From NCBI RefSeq assembly GCF_009914755.1, contig NC_060931.1: 64,000 bases of DNA; one strand, 5' to 3'. Under the pieces are notes generated by a model. That model had not been told where the DNA came from and ran no database searches. It saw nothing but the letters and a program-made list of their open reading frames with translations. Position 1 is the first letter of the stretch. Every line of letters starts with the position of its first letter. The DNA is from the human T2T-CHM13v2.0 reference genome, Homo sapiens. Below, piece by piece: positions 13,720 to 25,810 of this stretch. The translations under genes and the position numbers were made by a program.

Positions 13720-14085
13720 AGTAACGAAAAGGAAACATCTTTCCTTCCCATCTTAGGTTCATGGTTAAGGCACCTATAACAAAAGACAGACTAACAAGAG
13801 AAAAATGTACACGTTTATTTAATATGTTTTATGTAACGGAGAGCCTCATGAAGAAATGAAGACCAAATAAACAGGTAAACTTGTGTATTTCTATGCTTAG
13901 ATGAAGAATGGATAGTCATGGAGAGATAGAATTGGACAAAGAAGGTGTGATCTAATGTAACAAACTGGGGGCAACATAGCAAGACCTGTTTGTTCAGATT
14001 CTTCTTTGCATCTCTGTACCTCTGGCTCCTTTCCCCTGAGGTACAGGGAAAGCACCTCACAAATGAGGAGCCTATGACCTGCTTC
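13720..14085 (-). mobile_element. ERV1 LTR, MER31/MER67 group, truncated at its right end
   Basis: ataacaaaagacagactaacaagagaaaa...tttgttcagattcttctttgcatctctg...aatgaggagcctatgacctgcttc. Confidence 0.7.
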
Positions 14086-14643
14086 TGCACCCCCTCCTTA
14101 TTATTTTGAAGAAAAAGACCCTCCAGATCTTTCTTTTCCAGAGGATACTGGACAAAAAGTAGTTGCCCCAGTGACTGTTCCAGCAGCGCCTCGAGCGACC
14201 GCTCTTAGGTCTATTCAGGCAGGAATTCAGCAAGCTAGACGAGGGGGTGACTTAGAGGCTTGGCAGTTCCCTGTTAGAATACACCCCCCAGATCAACAGG
14301 GAAATATTACAGCTACATTTGAGCCTTTTCCTTTTAAATTACTCAAAGAATTAAAACAAGCTATTGATACTAAAAAAGAATGTAGAAAAAATCAGCGAGT
14401 CAGGCCACCAGATGGGGAAAAAAGAAAACTGCTGAGCCCGAAATATGTCCAAAATGTAAAAAAGAAAAACACTGGGCTAATCAGTGTCACTCTAAGTTTG
14501 ATAAAGATGGGAACCCGATTTTGGGAAACACCATGAGGGGCCCGTCCTGGGCCCCGTTCCAAACTGGGGCGTTTCCAGCTCAGGCCATTCCCTCACCCCC
14601 GTACAATGTCTGTCCCCCGCCACAACCCGTAGTGCCGCAGTAG
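14082..14643 (+). pseudogene. gag: Defective retroviral gag (partial, capsid deleted, frameshifted)
   Basis: AWQFPVRIHPPD...FEPFPFKLLKELKQAI is joined directly to DTKKECRK. CCHC knuckle CPKCKKEKHWANQC at 14446-14487 lies in another frame. TAG stop at 14641-14643. Confidence 0.85.
14523..14555 (+). promoter_or_regulatory. gag-pro -1 ribosomal frameshift signal
   Basis: Slippery heptamer GGGAAAC (14523-14529), 7-nt spacer, then stem GGGGCCC-GTCCT-GGGCCCC (14537-14555). Confidence 0.75.
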
Positions 14644-15151
14644 ATTTATGCTGCACATAAGCTGTGAGTCTTCTGCCTGGGGAACCCCCGCAAAAAGGTC
14701 CCAACAGGAGTCTGTGGACCCTTGCCAGCGGGGACAATAGGATTACTTTTAGGAAGTTCTAGTTTAAGTTTAAAAGGGGTACAAATACATACAGGAATCA
14801 TTGATTCAGATTACAATGGAGAAATTCAAATTATTATATCTGCTTCTGTTCCCTGGAAAGCAGAGCCAGGAGAGCGCATAGCACAGCTCCTGATTGTGCC
14901 ATATGTGGGAATGGGGAAAGTGAAATTAAACGAACAGGAGGATATGGAAGCACAAATAAACAAGGCAAAGCAGGTTATTGGGTAAATCAAATCACTGATA
15001 AACGTCCTACCTGTGAAATAACTATTCAGGGAAAGAAATTTAAAGGTTTGGTAGATACAGGAGCGGACATTTCCATCATTTCTCTACAGCACTGGCCACC
15101 CCCGTGGCCAATTCAACCCGCTCAATTTAACATAGTTGGAGTTGGTAAAGC
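14523..15151 (+). pseudogene. pro: Defective retroviral pro: dUTPase plus N-terminal aspartic protease
   Basis: dUTPase motifs AAVDL, GLLLGSSSL, GIIDSDYNGEI, ERIAQL, and RTGGYGST (after a frameshift). Premature TAA at 14658-14660. Protease LVDTGADIS with DTG at 15054-15062; truncated at 15151. Confidence 0.88.
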
Positions 15152-15169
15152 AGGTATATTTGCCAGCTA

Positions 15170-18100
15170 AAGCTGTTCTGATAGGTGTAGAGTGATGCCT
15201 AGTTGTGGTTTTAATTTGCATTTCCCTAATGGCTAATGACACTGAACATCTTTTCATGTACTTTTTTTCATTCTTACTTTCCCTTTGATGATATGTCTGT
15301 TTATGTCTTCAGCCCATTTTTTAAATTCTTTTTTTTTTGTTTTCTTATTGTTGAGTTTTGAGAGCTTTCTTAATAGTCTGTATACAAATCCTTTATTAGG
15401 TATGTGATTTGTAAATATTTTTATCTTCATCTGTAGCTTGTATTTTCATTCTCTCAATATCTTTCACAGGGTGAAGTGTTTAATTTTGATAAGATCCACT
15501 TTATCAATACTTTCTTTTATGAGTAGTGCTTTTGGTGTCATGTCTAAGAATGCTTTGCATGACACAAGGTCACAAGAATTTTCTCCTGTGTTTTCTTCTA
15601 GTAGGTTTGTAGTTTTATTTTTATCTATAACCCCTTTTGGGTTCATTTTTGGGAAAGCTGTTACGTTTAGGTTAAGCTAATTTTTCGTACACAAAATTCC
15701 AAATAATCCAACATCATTTGTGGCATTATTTTTGTACCTCTGTCAAAAATCAGTGAGACATGTTTGTGTTATTCTGTTCCACTCCTCCACTTGTCTGTTT
15801 ATTCACCAATATCATCATATCTTGATTGCTACAGCTTTATAGTAAATCATTAAATCTCATAATATGAGTCCTTGAATTTTATATTCTTTTACAAAGTGTT
15901 TAGCTGCTCTAAGCTCCTTTGCTTTTACATATAAATGTTAGTATTAATTTGTCTACATCTACAAAAAAATCCTGCTGGGGTTTTCACTGGGACTGTGTTG
16001 CATCTTTAGATCAATTTTAGAAAAACTGGCCTCTTTACTATGTTGAATCTTTCAATTCATGATCATTTGCTGTCTCTAATTATTAATATTTAGTTCTTTC
16101 TTAATTTCTTTCATTGGTGTTTTGTATTTTTCAGATTACAGACTCTATGTTTTGTTAGATTTATCTCTAAGTATTTCATTTTTGCACCTATTGTAAATTA
16201 GATTTTTTAAAAATAATATTTCTATTGCTTCTAATATACATTTGTATATCTATTTCTATTGCTAGTAATACATATTTGTATATATTTCAGTATATTGATT
16301 TTTATGTGAACCTGTATCTTGCAATCTTGCTAAACTCATTTATTAGTTCTAGAAGTTTTTGTTATTGCTGATTCTTTGGAATTTTCTACATAAATAATCA
16401 TGTTATCTGTGAATAGGAATAGGTTTATTTTCCCTTTTCCATGTATATACCTTTTATATGTTTTTGTCTTTTTTTACCTTATTATTCTGGCTAACACTTC
16501 CAATACAACATTGAGTAGCAGATGTGAATATGGACATTTTTGCCTCATTCTCAGTCTTAAAGGTAAAGCATTCAATTTTCCATGATCAAATATGATGTTA
16601 GTTGCAGGCTTTTTATAAATGGCCTTTATAGGATTCAGGAGGGTCTCTTCTATTACACATTTTCTCTGAGAGTTACTAACGTGAATGAATGTTGTATTTT
16701 GTCAAATGCTTTTTCTGCATCAACTGATATGATCATGTGGATTTTCTTCTTTAGACTATCAATATGGTGGATTGCATAGGTTGACTTCCAAATACTGAGA
16801 AAGCCTTACATTCCCAGGATAAACCCTACCTGATCATGATGTATTATTATTAATATGTTGATAGATTCAATGTGCTAATATTTTTCTTGAGGATTTTTGT
16901 GTCTATAATCATGAGGAATATTGCGGGTATTTTGGAAACTGTGTTCCATTCTGGTAATGTTGGCTTCATGAAATGAGCTGGAAAATATTCCTTCCACTTC
17001 TGTTTTCTGGAATAAGTTGGGTAAATTTGTGTTATTTTTACTTTGAATGTTTAGTAGAATTTGCCAATGAAAGTATCTTGATGTAGAGGTCTAATTTTGG
17101 AGTGCTTGGCAATGAATTCTATTTCTTTATAGTTATAGGACTATTTAGGTTGTCCGTTTCATCATCTTATGTGAGTTTTGGTTGCTTGTGGTTTTTTAGA
17201 AATTGGACCTTTCATTTAAGATATTGAGTTTATGTGTATACAGTTGTTATTATTCTTTTTGATGAGAAATCCACAGAATAGTTGTTCCCCTATAAATAAA
17301 ATGTCATTTTTCTCTGGCTGCTCTCAAGATTTTTTTCTTTTTTTTAGGTTTCAGGAGTTTTATTAAATGTTTGGGTATGGATTTATTTGGGTTTTCCTAT
17401 TTGTGGTTTGCTTAGCTTCTAATACTTGTAGGTTTGGGTCTCTCACCAAACTTAAGCTTTCAGCCATCATTTCTTTATATATTTTGTCCAGATCATACTC
17501 TTTCTCCTTTTCCCCTGAAACTTTGAAAAGAAGAATGCTAGACCTTTTGTTATCGTCTCCCTGAGGTTCCCTTCATTTGTCTTCATCCTTTTTGGTCTTT
17601 GTTGTTCAGACAGAATAGTAGCTGTTAGCTACTCTTCAAATTCATGAACTGTCTTCATGTCATGTCTATACTGCTATTGAGCCCATCCACTAGGATTTTT
17701 ATTTATTATATTTTTCAGTGCTAGAATCTCAATTTGGTTCTTATTTACATCTTGAATTTTTTGTTGAGATTTTCAGTTTTAATGTTTTTTCCAATAGTCT
17801 GCAATGGCCAATTTGAACATTGTTATGCTAGCTTTTAAAAGTCTGCCAGATAATTCCAACACCTTTGTCATCTCAGTGTTTGCTTTTGTGGTCTTTTACC
17901 ATGTGAGTTATAATTGTCCTCATTCTTCTTAGGCCAAGTAATTTTGCATTGTGTCCTGGACATTTTAGATACTAAGTTCTGAGACTCTAGATCTCACTTA
18001 AATGCCATGGAACACTTTGATATTTTTGCTACGGAAAGTAACTGAACTGGTTAGGTTCAAGCAGAAAGTTTCAACCCACATTCGGGGGGCTATGGTTCAG

Positions 18101-18518
18101 ATACCAGTTAGTTTTCAGAGCCCTTATAGAGTTCTTCAGATGTGTCACGGGTGTGTGCCACCCAGCGGCCTGTCTGGGGCATGGGCAGTGAACTATTTTT
18201 GAGTGTCGTTCCCAAAATATTTGGTTGCTAATTAGGACCAGATTCACATGTGTGCAGCTCAGGGATTCATAAACAAGTTTATGGGGTACCTTTCCTGATC
18301 TCCTTCCTCACTGTGATCTCCTCAGTAGTTTTAGGTTTCTAGAGGCTCTGTTTTTCACTCCTCTAGCCAGAAACCTGGGGTTCTAGTTCCCCCTCTCTTC
18401 TGTATACTTCCATGGTAGAGGCCAAGCAATAGGAGGACAGAAAAAGGGAGGAGAAAAAGCAATGGGGATTTGTCTCTCTCATTGAGTCTACACTAAATTG
18501 AGAGGTAGGTTCCCCTAC
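15170..18518 (-). mobile_element. Old L1 (L1MC/MD-class), ORF2 and ORF1/5' portions with deletions; 3' UTR missing
   Basis: T-rich antisense L1: gttgtggttttaatttgcatttccctaatggctaatgac, tcaaatgctttttctgcatc. Minus-strand peptide NLLEENTGE...FLDMTPKA. Confidence 0.85.
16217..16284. repeat. Tandem duplication, 34-bp unit x2, inside L1
   Basis: tatttctattgct..taata.a.atttgtatat repeated at 16217 and 16251. Confidence 0.8.
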
Positions 18519-18608
18519 TGTACTAGTCAGGGTTCTGTAAAAAAAACAGAACAATATTACTTTGTATTTTGTTATGAATAAGTGTGTTTGTGCGTGTGTT
18601 TACGTGTC

Positions 18609-18643
<35 letters not shown>

Positions 18644-19036
18644 TAGGGGAGAGAGAGAGAGAGAGAGAGAGACTGATTTGTTTTAAGGAATTGGATCATG
18701 TGCTAGTGAGGGGCCTGCAAGTCCAAAATCTGCAAGGTAATCTGGCAGGATGGAAACCCAGGAAGGAGTTGAAGTTACAGCTTGAAGACAGTATTCTCCC
18801 TAGAAGGAAAACTCCCTCTTCCTTGGGAGTCCTAAGTCTTTTTCTCTTAAGGCTTTCAACTAATTGGATGAGGGCCACCCATATGATGGAGGATAATCTG
18901 CCGATCTCAGGTTCTACTGATTTAAATGTTAATCTCATCTGGAAAACTATCTTCACAGCAACATCTAAACTGATGCTTGGCCAAATACCTGGGTCTTGTG
19001 GCCTAGCCAAGTTGACACATAAAGTTAACCATTACA
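18519..19036 (-). mobile_element. MLT2D-like ERVL LTR
   Basis: tgtactagtcagggttct...ggcctagccaagttgacacataaagttaaccattaca is the reverse complement of an MLT2 LTR. Confidence 0.88.
18582..18672. repeat. (TG)n(GA)n compound microsatellite inside MLT2
   Basis: Read directly. Confidence 0.95.
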
Positions 19037-19410
19037 AGGCCATCCCTTCTCAACTTGGCACTCACGCACATCTCCTTAAACTACACTTAATCTCCAAATA
19101 AAGGCAATATTCCCACCTAACAAGATACAACCATCCTGCACAAAACTGAACACACACTATTCCTTCCCCCAGAATAGGATGCAGAGTCCTTGGGTGATGT
19201 TTACACTTTTCGATATCCTGAGTAATATGATGTAAAGTTAACAATATACTTAAATACCATAAAGTAGAGCCAATACATCTTATGTTATATGATAAGGAGA
19301 TAAGAGAGGGAAGAAAACAAAGATATTTGCTTGATACACACACACATCATACATCACACACACACACACATAACAAAATACAAAGCAATACCCATGACAA
19401 CTGCATCTCT
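19037..19410 (-). mobile_element. ERVL internal 3' segment with polypurine tract
   Basis: ccatcccttctcaact (reverse complement agttgagaagggatgg) abuts the LTR start. Following sequence resembles the ERVL 3' internal region. Confidence 0.7.
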
Positions 19411-19429
19411 CTAAGAGCTTTGACTCCAT

Positions 19430-19850
19430 TAGCTTCCTGTTAACAGCTACTCTCCCTGCTGCCTCTGGATCACTTGGGGTCTCAGTGAAGAGAGAAAAGA
19501 GATAAGAAAAATAATTGTTTTAAAAATGAGTGAGTCCCTCACTGGGTGCATTAGGAATTCACTTTCCAGCTCCTTGAGCTGGCACTAGAGGAGCTCTTAG
19601 AGCTGTCTGTCTGTGCCCTGATGTCCCCTTCTAGGTTTTGGAATATGAGGAGTACAGGCCAGGGGACACTGAGGGGAAAAAAAAAGCTCATTGCCAGATC
19701 AATAGTACTTCAAACTTTTGTGCTCTTTTTCAATTTTATTGCTGCTGTTTTCTTTTCAGGTTATTTGCATAGCTTCCCCATGCATTCTGCCCAAGTTTTA
19801 TGGTTGTAATCAGAGGGAGATAAAGTGTGAGTGTGTACATCTCACCCACA
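19430..19850 (-). mobile_element. 5' UTR of the same minus-strand L1M
   Basis: catgcattctgcccaagttttatggttgtaatcagagggagataaagtgtgagtgtgtac resembles an antisense L1M 5' end. Confidence 0.55.
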
Positions 19851-19879
19851 ATCAGGACTTCTCACCTGCTTTGTTCACC

Positions 19880-19982
19880 TAATAAGGGAAATACAAAGTG
19901 ACTACTAGAAAATTTCAGGTAATATATGTGACTCACATTTGTGGCTTTCCTTTCTTTATATTTTCATTGTATAGTGCTGGTC
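19880..19982. mobile_element. MER33-like hAT fragment
   Basis: actactagaaaatttcaggtaatatatgtgactcacatt...tatattttcattgtatagtgctg. Confidence 0.55.
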
Positions 19983-20009
19983 TAGAAGTTTGATAGACAA
20001 TTTTTTAAT

Positions 20010-20490
20010 CCATATAATTAATATCAGTGAAGCACCTACTTTGTGTTAGACTGTTTGCTAAGTGCTGGGATACCACATTGACAAAATAAACACAGTCCCT
20101 TCCATCATGGAAGAGTCTAGAGTGGTAACAGATTTCAATAAGTGATAACACACCCAAAACTATATCATTATTCTTACAATAAGCACCATGAAGGAAATAA
20201 AGAGTATGCCATAAAGTTTCCAACCTAGGACTATAATCCGGCAGGGCAGGCCATGGAAATCTTCCCAAAGGAGTGGCATTTAAGTTAAGATGTGAAGGTA
20301 AGTAGGAGTTTCCTGGTTGAAGAGGGGAGGGAAGGAGAATTTTTGGCAGATATAACCCATGGGCTGTAGATTTTAAGGCAGGAAAGAGCTTTCCTCAAGG
20401 AAAAGAAGGTTGGTGCTGGTAGGAGCAGAACAGAGGCCCGAGTTGGTTGGGTGAGGTATGTATTGCGCCTTGGTAAGGCCCTGTCAGGAG
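20010..20490 (-). mobile_element. L2 3' fragment
   Basis: gcacctactttgtgttagactgtttgctaagtgctgggatac...ggagtggcatttaagttaagatgtgaagg. Confidence 0.75.
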
Positions 20491-21033
20491 TGATGCCTGA
20501 CAAACACTAGTTATGTATTTCTCCACAAGATTATCCCGTTTGCTTTGGGGTTTGTTTCTGAGAGGAAGCGGGCCCAGGAAAATGTGCCCCACTACTTCTG
20601 AAGAGTAAATACAGGAGTTTTGGAGGCCTGAGAAGATCCATTAAGTATTTCCTAGACCACTTCCCCTCTTCCTACTCTTTCCTCGTATCACTGGACGCCA
20701 CCCAGGGCCTGCAGACTATCAACTCTCGAGTTTGAGAAGTTTCTTTGTAGTTTTTCTAACATGATACCCTCATAAAGGTGTGTGATGCAAAATTATGAGG
20801 TCCAGAGGAATTACAGATGAGTCCAAAATAATAATACAAGTTAGTAGCAGCAGAGCTAGGACAGAGCCTGGAAATCTCTCATGTTTGCCATGAAAAAGGA
20901 AAAAGCAGAAGTGTTGACCCTGACTTCTTTTTAAACCAGCTGTTTCCCACTTCCCTAATTCAGCTCACACTGGCTGGAGACATAAGGTCTCTTTGTCCTC
21001 ATCTTCCTACATACAGCCAAGTTACTCTGGTAG

Positions 21034-21738
21034 TGATAGTGGCAGGAGGCAGTCAAATGCCTAGACAGATGGGGCTGGGTCCCCAGTGAAACCCCACCTT
21101 CAAACCAAAGACATTTTAAAGCCTGAAAACCAAGCTACAAGTCCTGGGTAAATCCACAGACCAGATTGAGAGCCTCTCTTCCCATTTGGCACTTTCTTCT
21201 GATTGATCCCCACCCTTCATCTATTTTACATATACTTACCCTTCCCTAATTAGTTTTTTACACTGTTGTGCCCAACTTTGAGTGGTCTGTTTGTTTTGGC
21301 CTTTTTTGCATACTCACGGACCAATCAGCATGTACTCTCCCATTCTGAGTCCATAAAAGCCCTGGACCCAGCCACACTAGGAGGGAGACCACCCAACTTC
21401 AGGCGGGGGACCATCCTCACATTACCTCTCCACTGAGAGCTGTTCTGTCACTCAATAAAATTCTTCTTTGCCCTCCTCGCCCTTTGATTTTAGCATAACC
21501 TCATTTTTCTTGGATGTGGGACAAGAACTCAAGAACCACCAAATATGGGTATGAGCTGTAACATAGGTGGGCTGGGATGCACCTGGCCCAGCTGCGGGCT
21601 GAGCATGGATCTCACTGTGTGCATGGGATCTGGGCCAGGGCACAAGCTCAGGTCCTGGGCTGAGCGAGGCCAGGGCAGGGATGTCGCTGGCCACGGAGGT
21701 CCCTAGATGGCAAAATGACCAAGAAAAATCCTGCATCA
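21034..21738 (+). mobile_element. MER50 solo LTR (ERV1), full length
   Basis: TG...CA termini, 4-bp TSD GTAG (21030-21033, 21739-21742), CCAAT at 21321, CATAAAA at 21352, AATAAA at 21454. Confidence 0.9.
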
Positions 21739-22999
21739 GTAGTTCTTTAAAACTACTGTCCTGGTATAGATTATCTCCAACTTTTAAGACTTTCCAAAAA
21801 CTAAGAGGTGGGACTAAATCCATTCTAGAATGTTCCTTGGACTCCCTACCTATATGTAAAGTCGTATTTATCTGAGTAACTTTTAAAAGAGTATTGCTCT
21901 CTCATTTTTATGCTAAATCTTCTCCTTTTCCCTTTATCAATTCCATCCACATTGAGCATACTGATAGAGGAAACTTTGGTTTTCCTTTTTCATAAAACAA
22001 AACACTATTAAGAGCTTCACTTTTACAATCAGCTTGACATATGTGAATACACTTATTCAAATGCCATTTGGATACTGGACACCATCAGTGAGAGGGATTT
22101 TGTGGCTTGGATCGCTCCTAATCCCAGCTTAGCTGGCTATGAGAGAACTTTGGACACTAGTTACAACTTTCTTAGCCCTGGAAAAGAGAGACATTTTCCT
22201 ATATTGCAGCATCTGTATCTGGCAAGTAATAGAAGCATTCATAACCAGGCCCATGAAGGAATTTAACCGGGTTAGGTATTTATTGGCTGACATTAGCCCA
22301 GTGGATGGAGGGCTTTGTATGTGTTTATTTAATGGTCAGTCACATTAAGGGTTAACAAGCAAAGTTAAGATTTTGGGGAGAAAATGGCCATCTCACACAT
22401 CTGGTCAGTGCATGTTGCTCAACATCACAGGCAGACCAGAGATTTATTCTTAAATATCATATTAGCCAATATTTGATGGTCCCTTTTCTATACCTGTCTG
22501 TCATTTTTTATTTAACAAACAACTGTGTAAGATAAATTAATCAGCAGTGTAAAGTCACCTACATAGAACTGTGCCAAGACTGAGTGGAAGTTTTGACTGT
22601 GGGTCTTGCTCTGAAAAACTAAACAAGAGTCACAGATTCCTGATTTGGGAACTACTTTCACTGAGGCAAAAGGCAGAAAAGGGTGATTGTAAATCCAGGC
22701 TGGCCAAGAGTAAACTGCAGTTCCTCCTGCTGTTGGCCAGAGAAAAAGCTATTATGCCCCTCACAAGAGGAACAAATGGCCCACGAGTCTCTTCTTTGGC
22801 CACTCTGAGGGATGCTCCCTCTCTCACTCCGTTTCCTACTCCTGTACTCCAGACATTGCTGCTCACACACATCCTGAAGCAGCTATGAGTTTTGGTTTTC
22901 CTGGCAGCTTGGGTTGGACAATGTCAAAAAAATAACCAATGTTAAGACTGAACTAGAGAGGGGATTCTACCACACACTGAGTTGCTTTAGTATGCAAGT

Positions 23000-23125
23000 A
23001 AGTTTCAACTGCAGAAAAAAGAGTTGAAGACACATGACATGGCTGTCTACAGATGTCTTAAGGACTACCAGAAGGAAGAGGGTTAGGCTTATTTTGTGTA
23101 ACTCCAGGATGCAGAATTTGGTTAG
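23000..23125 (+). mobile_element. CR1/L3 LINE fragment
   Basis: acatgacatggctgtctacagatgtcttaagg...ggaagagggttaggcttattttgtgtaactccagg resembles the L3 3' region. Confidence 0.6.
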
Positions 23126-24781
23126 GCTGGATTTATAACCAGCTGTTTCCCCCTCTTGCCTCAGTGAAAACCATTACCAGATAGTGAAAGTCTGACTCTT
23201 CCAAGCATTGAGATTGCAACCCAAGAGTAAGATATAAAACAAGGTAGGTGATCACTTCGCCAAGATTGTTTTCCCTCTTCTATATTTACTTTGCCATCAG
23301 TTAAAATAATATAGTATTATTGATAATATTGATAATCCAATCATTGTAATCATTAACTAGAAAATAACTTTTCTTCTGGATTTATTATTTTAAAGCCCAC
23401 TATAATCGTAATTATTATTTCATTACACTCATTTTTTACAGAATTCTCAAAGAAAATATAACTTCAACTCTAAGAGAAAACTAATGCATACACAGGAAAT
23501 TTCATTTCAAGGTAGTGTTGGAATGCTTGTGCTCAAATGAATAAAGAACATCTGCCGTTACACCTCCCACCTTTATGGTCACATTTTCAAACTTTTATTT
23601 CCTTTAATTTGCCATATCAGAATCTCTCTTTCCTAAGCAAAGACAGGCATGGAAAGAGTCAGTAGCTTCTGCTCTTCACTTTCAATAACCATCAAAATGT
23701 TTTTCAATTAAACATGAGATTTGAAAAGAATGAACAGTGTGCAGAAAAGGTGAGACTAGTTGTCAATCCACCTTTTCTAGCTATGTCTTGATTTTTAACT
23801 GTCAGCAGCTAAAGACCAAGAGATCAGAAAGCCAGCAAAGACCCTGTATTGTAACCCCCAACTGTGAACTGTGTGTTTTCTCTCAGGGATTGAATGTTTG
23901 AAAGATAAGCAGATTTTTAGCTGTTCAGAAAAGTTTGCACACAGTAGGAAAGGAAGAACTTCAAAAGCTCTCCATCCTTCTCCTAGTTCCTGAACCTCTG
24001 CCAAAATCCAGACATATTCTAGTTACTTCTGGGAAAGCCACCTTCTCCCCTGCAACAGAAAACACATCAGCCTCGACATTTAACCAGCAGATGGCTTCCA
24101 GGGAAAATATAAATGATCCACCTGCTGAAGCAAGGAGCTGACATAAAGTTGGACATATTTACAAATGACTCATGGTGATGACTTCCTTGTGGTTGTCAAC
24201 ATGCAGCCTCCTCATCCACCTCTAATTGCTGGGTGGACAGCCCAGCAGGTGATGTAGCTTCACTGTTTGTTCGGCAGGGGGACTGCAGGGACCCATCTCT
24301 AATATGACCCTTGAGCCCTGCGGCAAGGATCTGGCCTCATTTTTCTTGGAGCCACAATGCTTACCCCACTTCCTTCCTGCAGCAGGCACTTGTGAATATT
24401 TGTTGAAATGAATTTGAATCCAAGGCAATGAATGAGGATGCTAATTTCTCTAGTTGTCTTTCAGGACATAAGTAGGCAGGTTTATTTTTAGAGTATTGAT
24501 GGAAAGTCAACACTTATGTCAATGTCTCTTCACTAAGTTGTTTTGCCTAGAGTCATAGAGCCTCAGACTTAAACAACCTGTTGGGGGTTACCTGGTCTTA
24601 CAGGTCCTCTGTATACATTTATGCTTCTCCTGGGAAGCAGTGGCTTCTGAACTCTTCTGAACAGTACATATTCTACCACCATCTCATAAGGATGTCCAAT
24701 AAAATCTATACTCAGATTTACAAATCAATTCTATTCATAGATGAGAATTACTCTTTTTTTGTCAAGGAAAAAACACAAGGG

Positions 24782-25148
24782 TGCTATGGTGTGAGCATGT
24801 GTTGGGAACTTAATCCCTAATGCAACAGTGCTGGGAAGTGGAGCCTAGTGAGAGATGATTAGGCCATGAGGGCTCTGCCCTCATGAATGGATTAATGCTG
24901 ATATGGCAAGAGGGGGTTTGTCATAAAAAAGTGAGTTTAGTCCCCTCTCTCTTGCTCTCTGTTGCCCTCTCTTTGCCCTTCTGCCATGGGAAGACATGGC
25001 AAGAAGGCCTTTGCTAGATGCCACTGCCCCCCGCCCCCTCAACCTTGGACTTCCTGGCCTCCAGAACCATGAGCCAGTAAAGTTCCGCTCATTGTAAATT
25101 GCCCAGTCTGCGATATTCTGTTACAGCAGCACAAATTTGACTAAGACA
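24782..25148 (+). mobile_element. MST (MSTC/D-like) solo LTR
   Basis: tgctatggt...gagggctctgccctcatgaatggattaat...ttggacttcctggcctccagaac...gactaagaca. Confidence 0.88.
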
Positions 25149-25654
25149 GGAGGGTGATATAACTATCAAGTATTGTAGTAAGCATTAGTTGTGTTATTTT
25201 GGAAAGTGGAAGATATTTGACTTACCTCTTTTTAAATTAAATCATTCAATGTATACTAAATCTACATAATATAGTATTCTGTGTGTGTACTGCATGTAAA
25301 CATATAATGCTAGATCAGTGAGCAACATTACTGATTATGTTGCCATGGCCTCCTTATTTACAGAAAAAGAATACTAGGAACACAGAGAAAAGGGGCATAC
25401 CCAGGAACTTGTAGTGGCAAAGCCCATTAAAGGAAAGTGAAACATCAACAGAGCCTGGAGGATGAACAAAGATCAAGACAGAAAGGACAAACAGGAGAAG
25501 TGGAAAACAGAGAATAAAGAAGCAAGGTGGGAGAAGAGAAAAATGAGAGCCTGGTAGAAGTAGGAAAAGAAGAAACAGAGAGGACAGTGAGCAAGGGAAG
25601 GTGAGGAGTGGAGGAGAGGAGGAATAGTGAAAGGAAAGCTTAATGTAAGAGAAA

Positions 25655-25810
25655 CTACAGTATAATGATTAGGAAAATGGACATTGGGGACTAATGGCCT
25701 AGGATGATATACCAACTCTGCTCCTTACTTGCTGTGTGATCTTGGGTAAGTCACTTTACTCAGTTTTCCTCATCTGTTAAATGGGAATAACAGCAGAGCT
25801 TACTTCACAG
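25655..25810 (+). mobile_element. MIR
   Basis: acttgctgtgtgatcttgggtaagtcactt...ctcagttttcctcatctgttaaatgggaataa. Confidence 0.8.

Larger units (their letters stand above)
14082..15151 (+). mobile_element. HERV-K(HML-3)/HERVK9 internal fragment (gag-pro), no LTRs
   Basis: Betaretroviral Gag, dUTPase and protease motifs. Nucleotide sequence closely resembles HERVK9-int as I recall it. Confidence 0.9.

Noticed and set aside
14722-14985. Stand-alone functional dUTPase gene
   Set aside because: Motif I is cut off by a stop (14658), motif V is frameshifted, and there is no promoter or ATG.
18562-19101. Longest ORF (179 aa)
   Set aside because: Translates a (TG)n(GA)n microsatellite and an antisense MLT2 LTR; no protein features.
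25470-25640. Purine-rich strand tract
   Set aside because: Low complexity without a clear mirror repeat.
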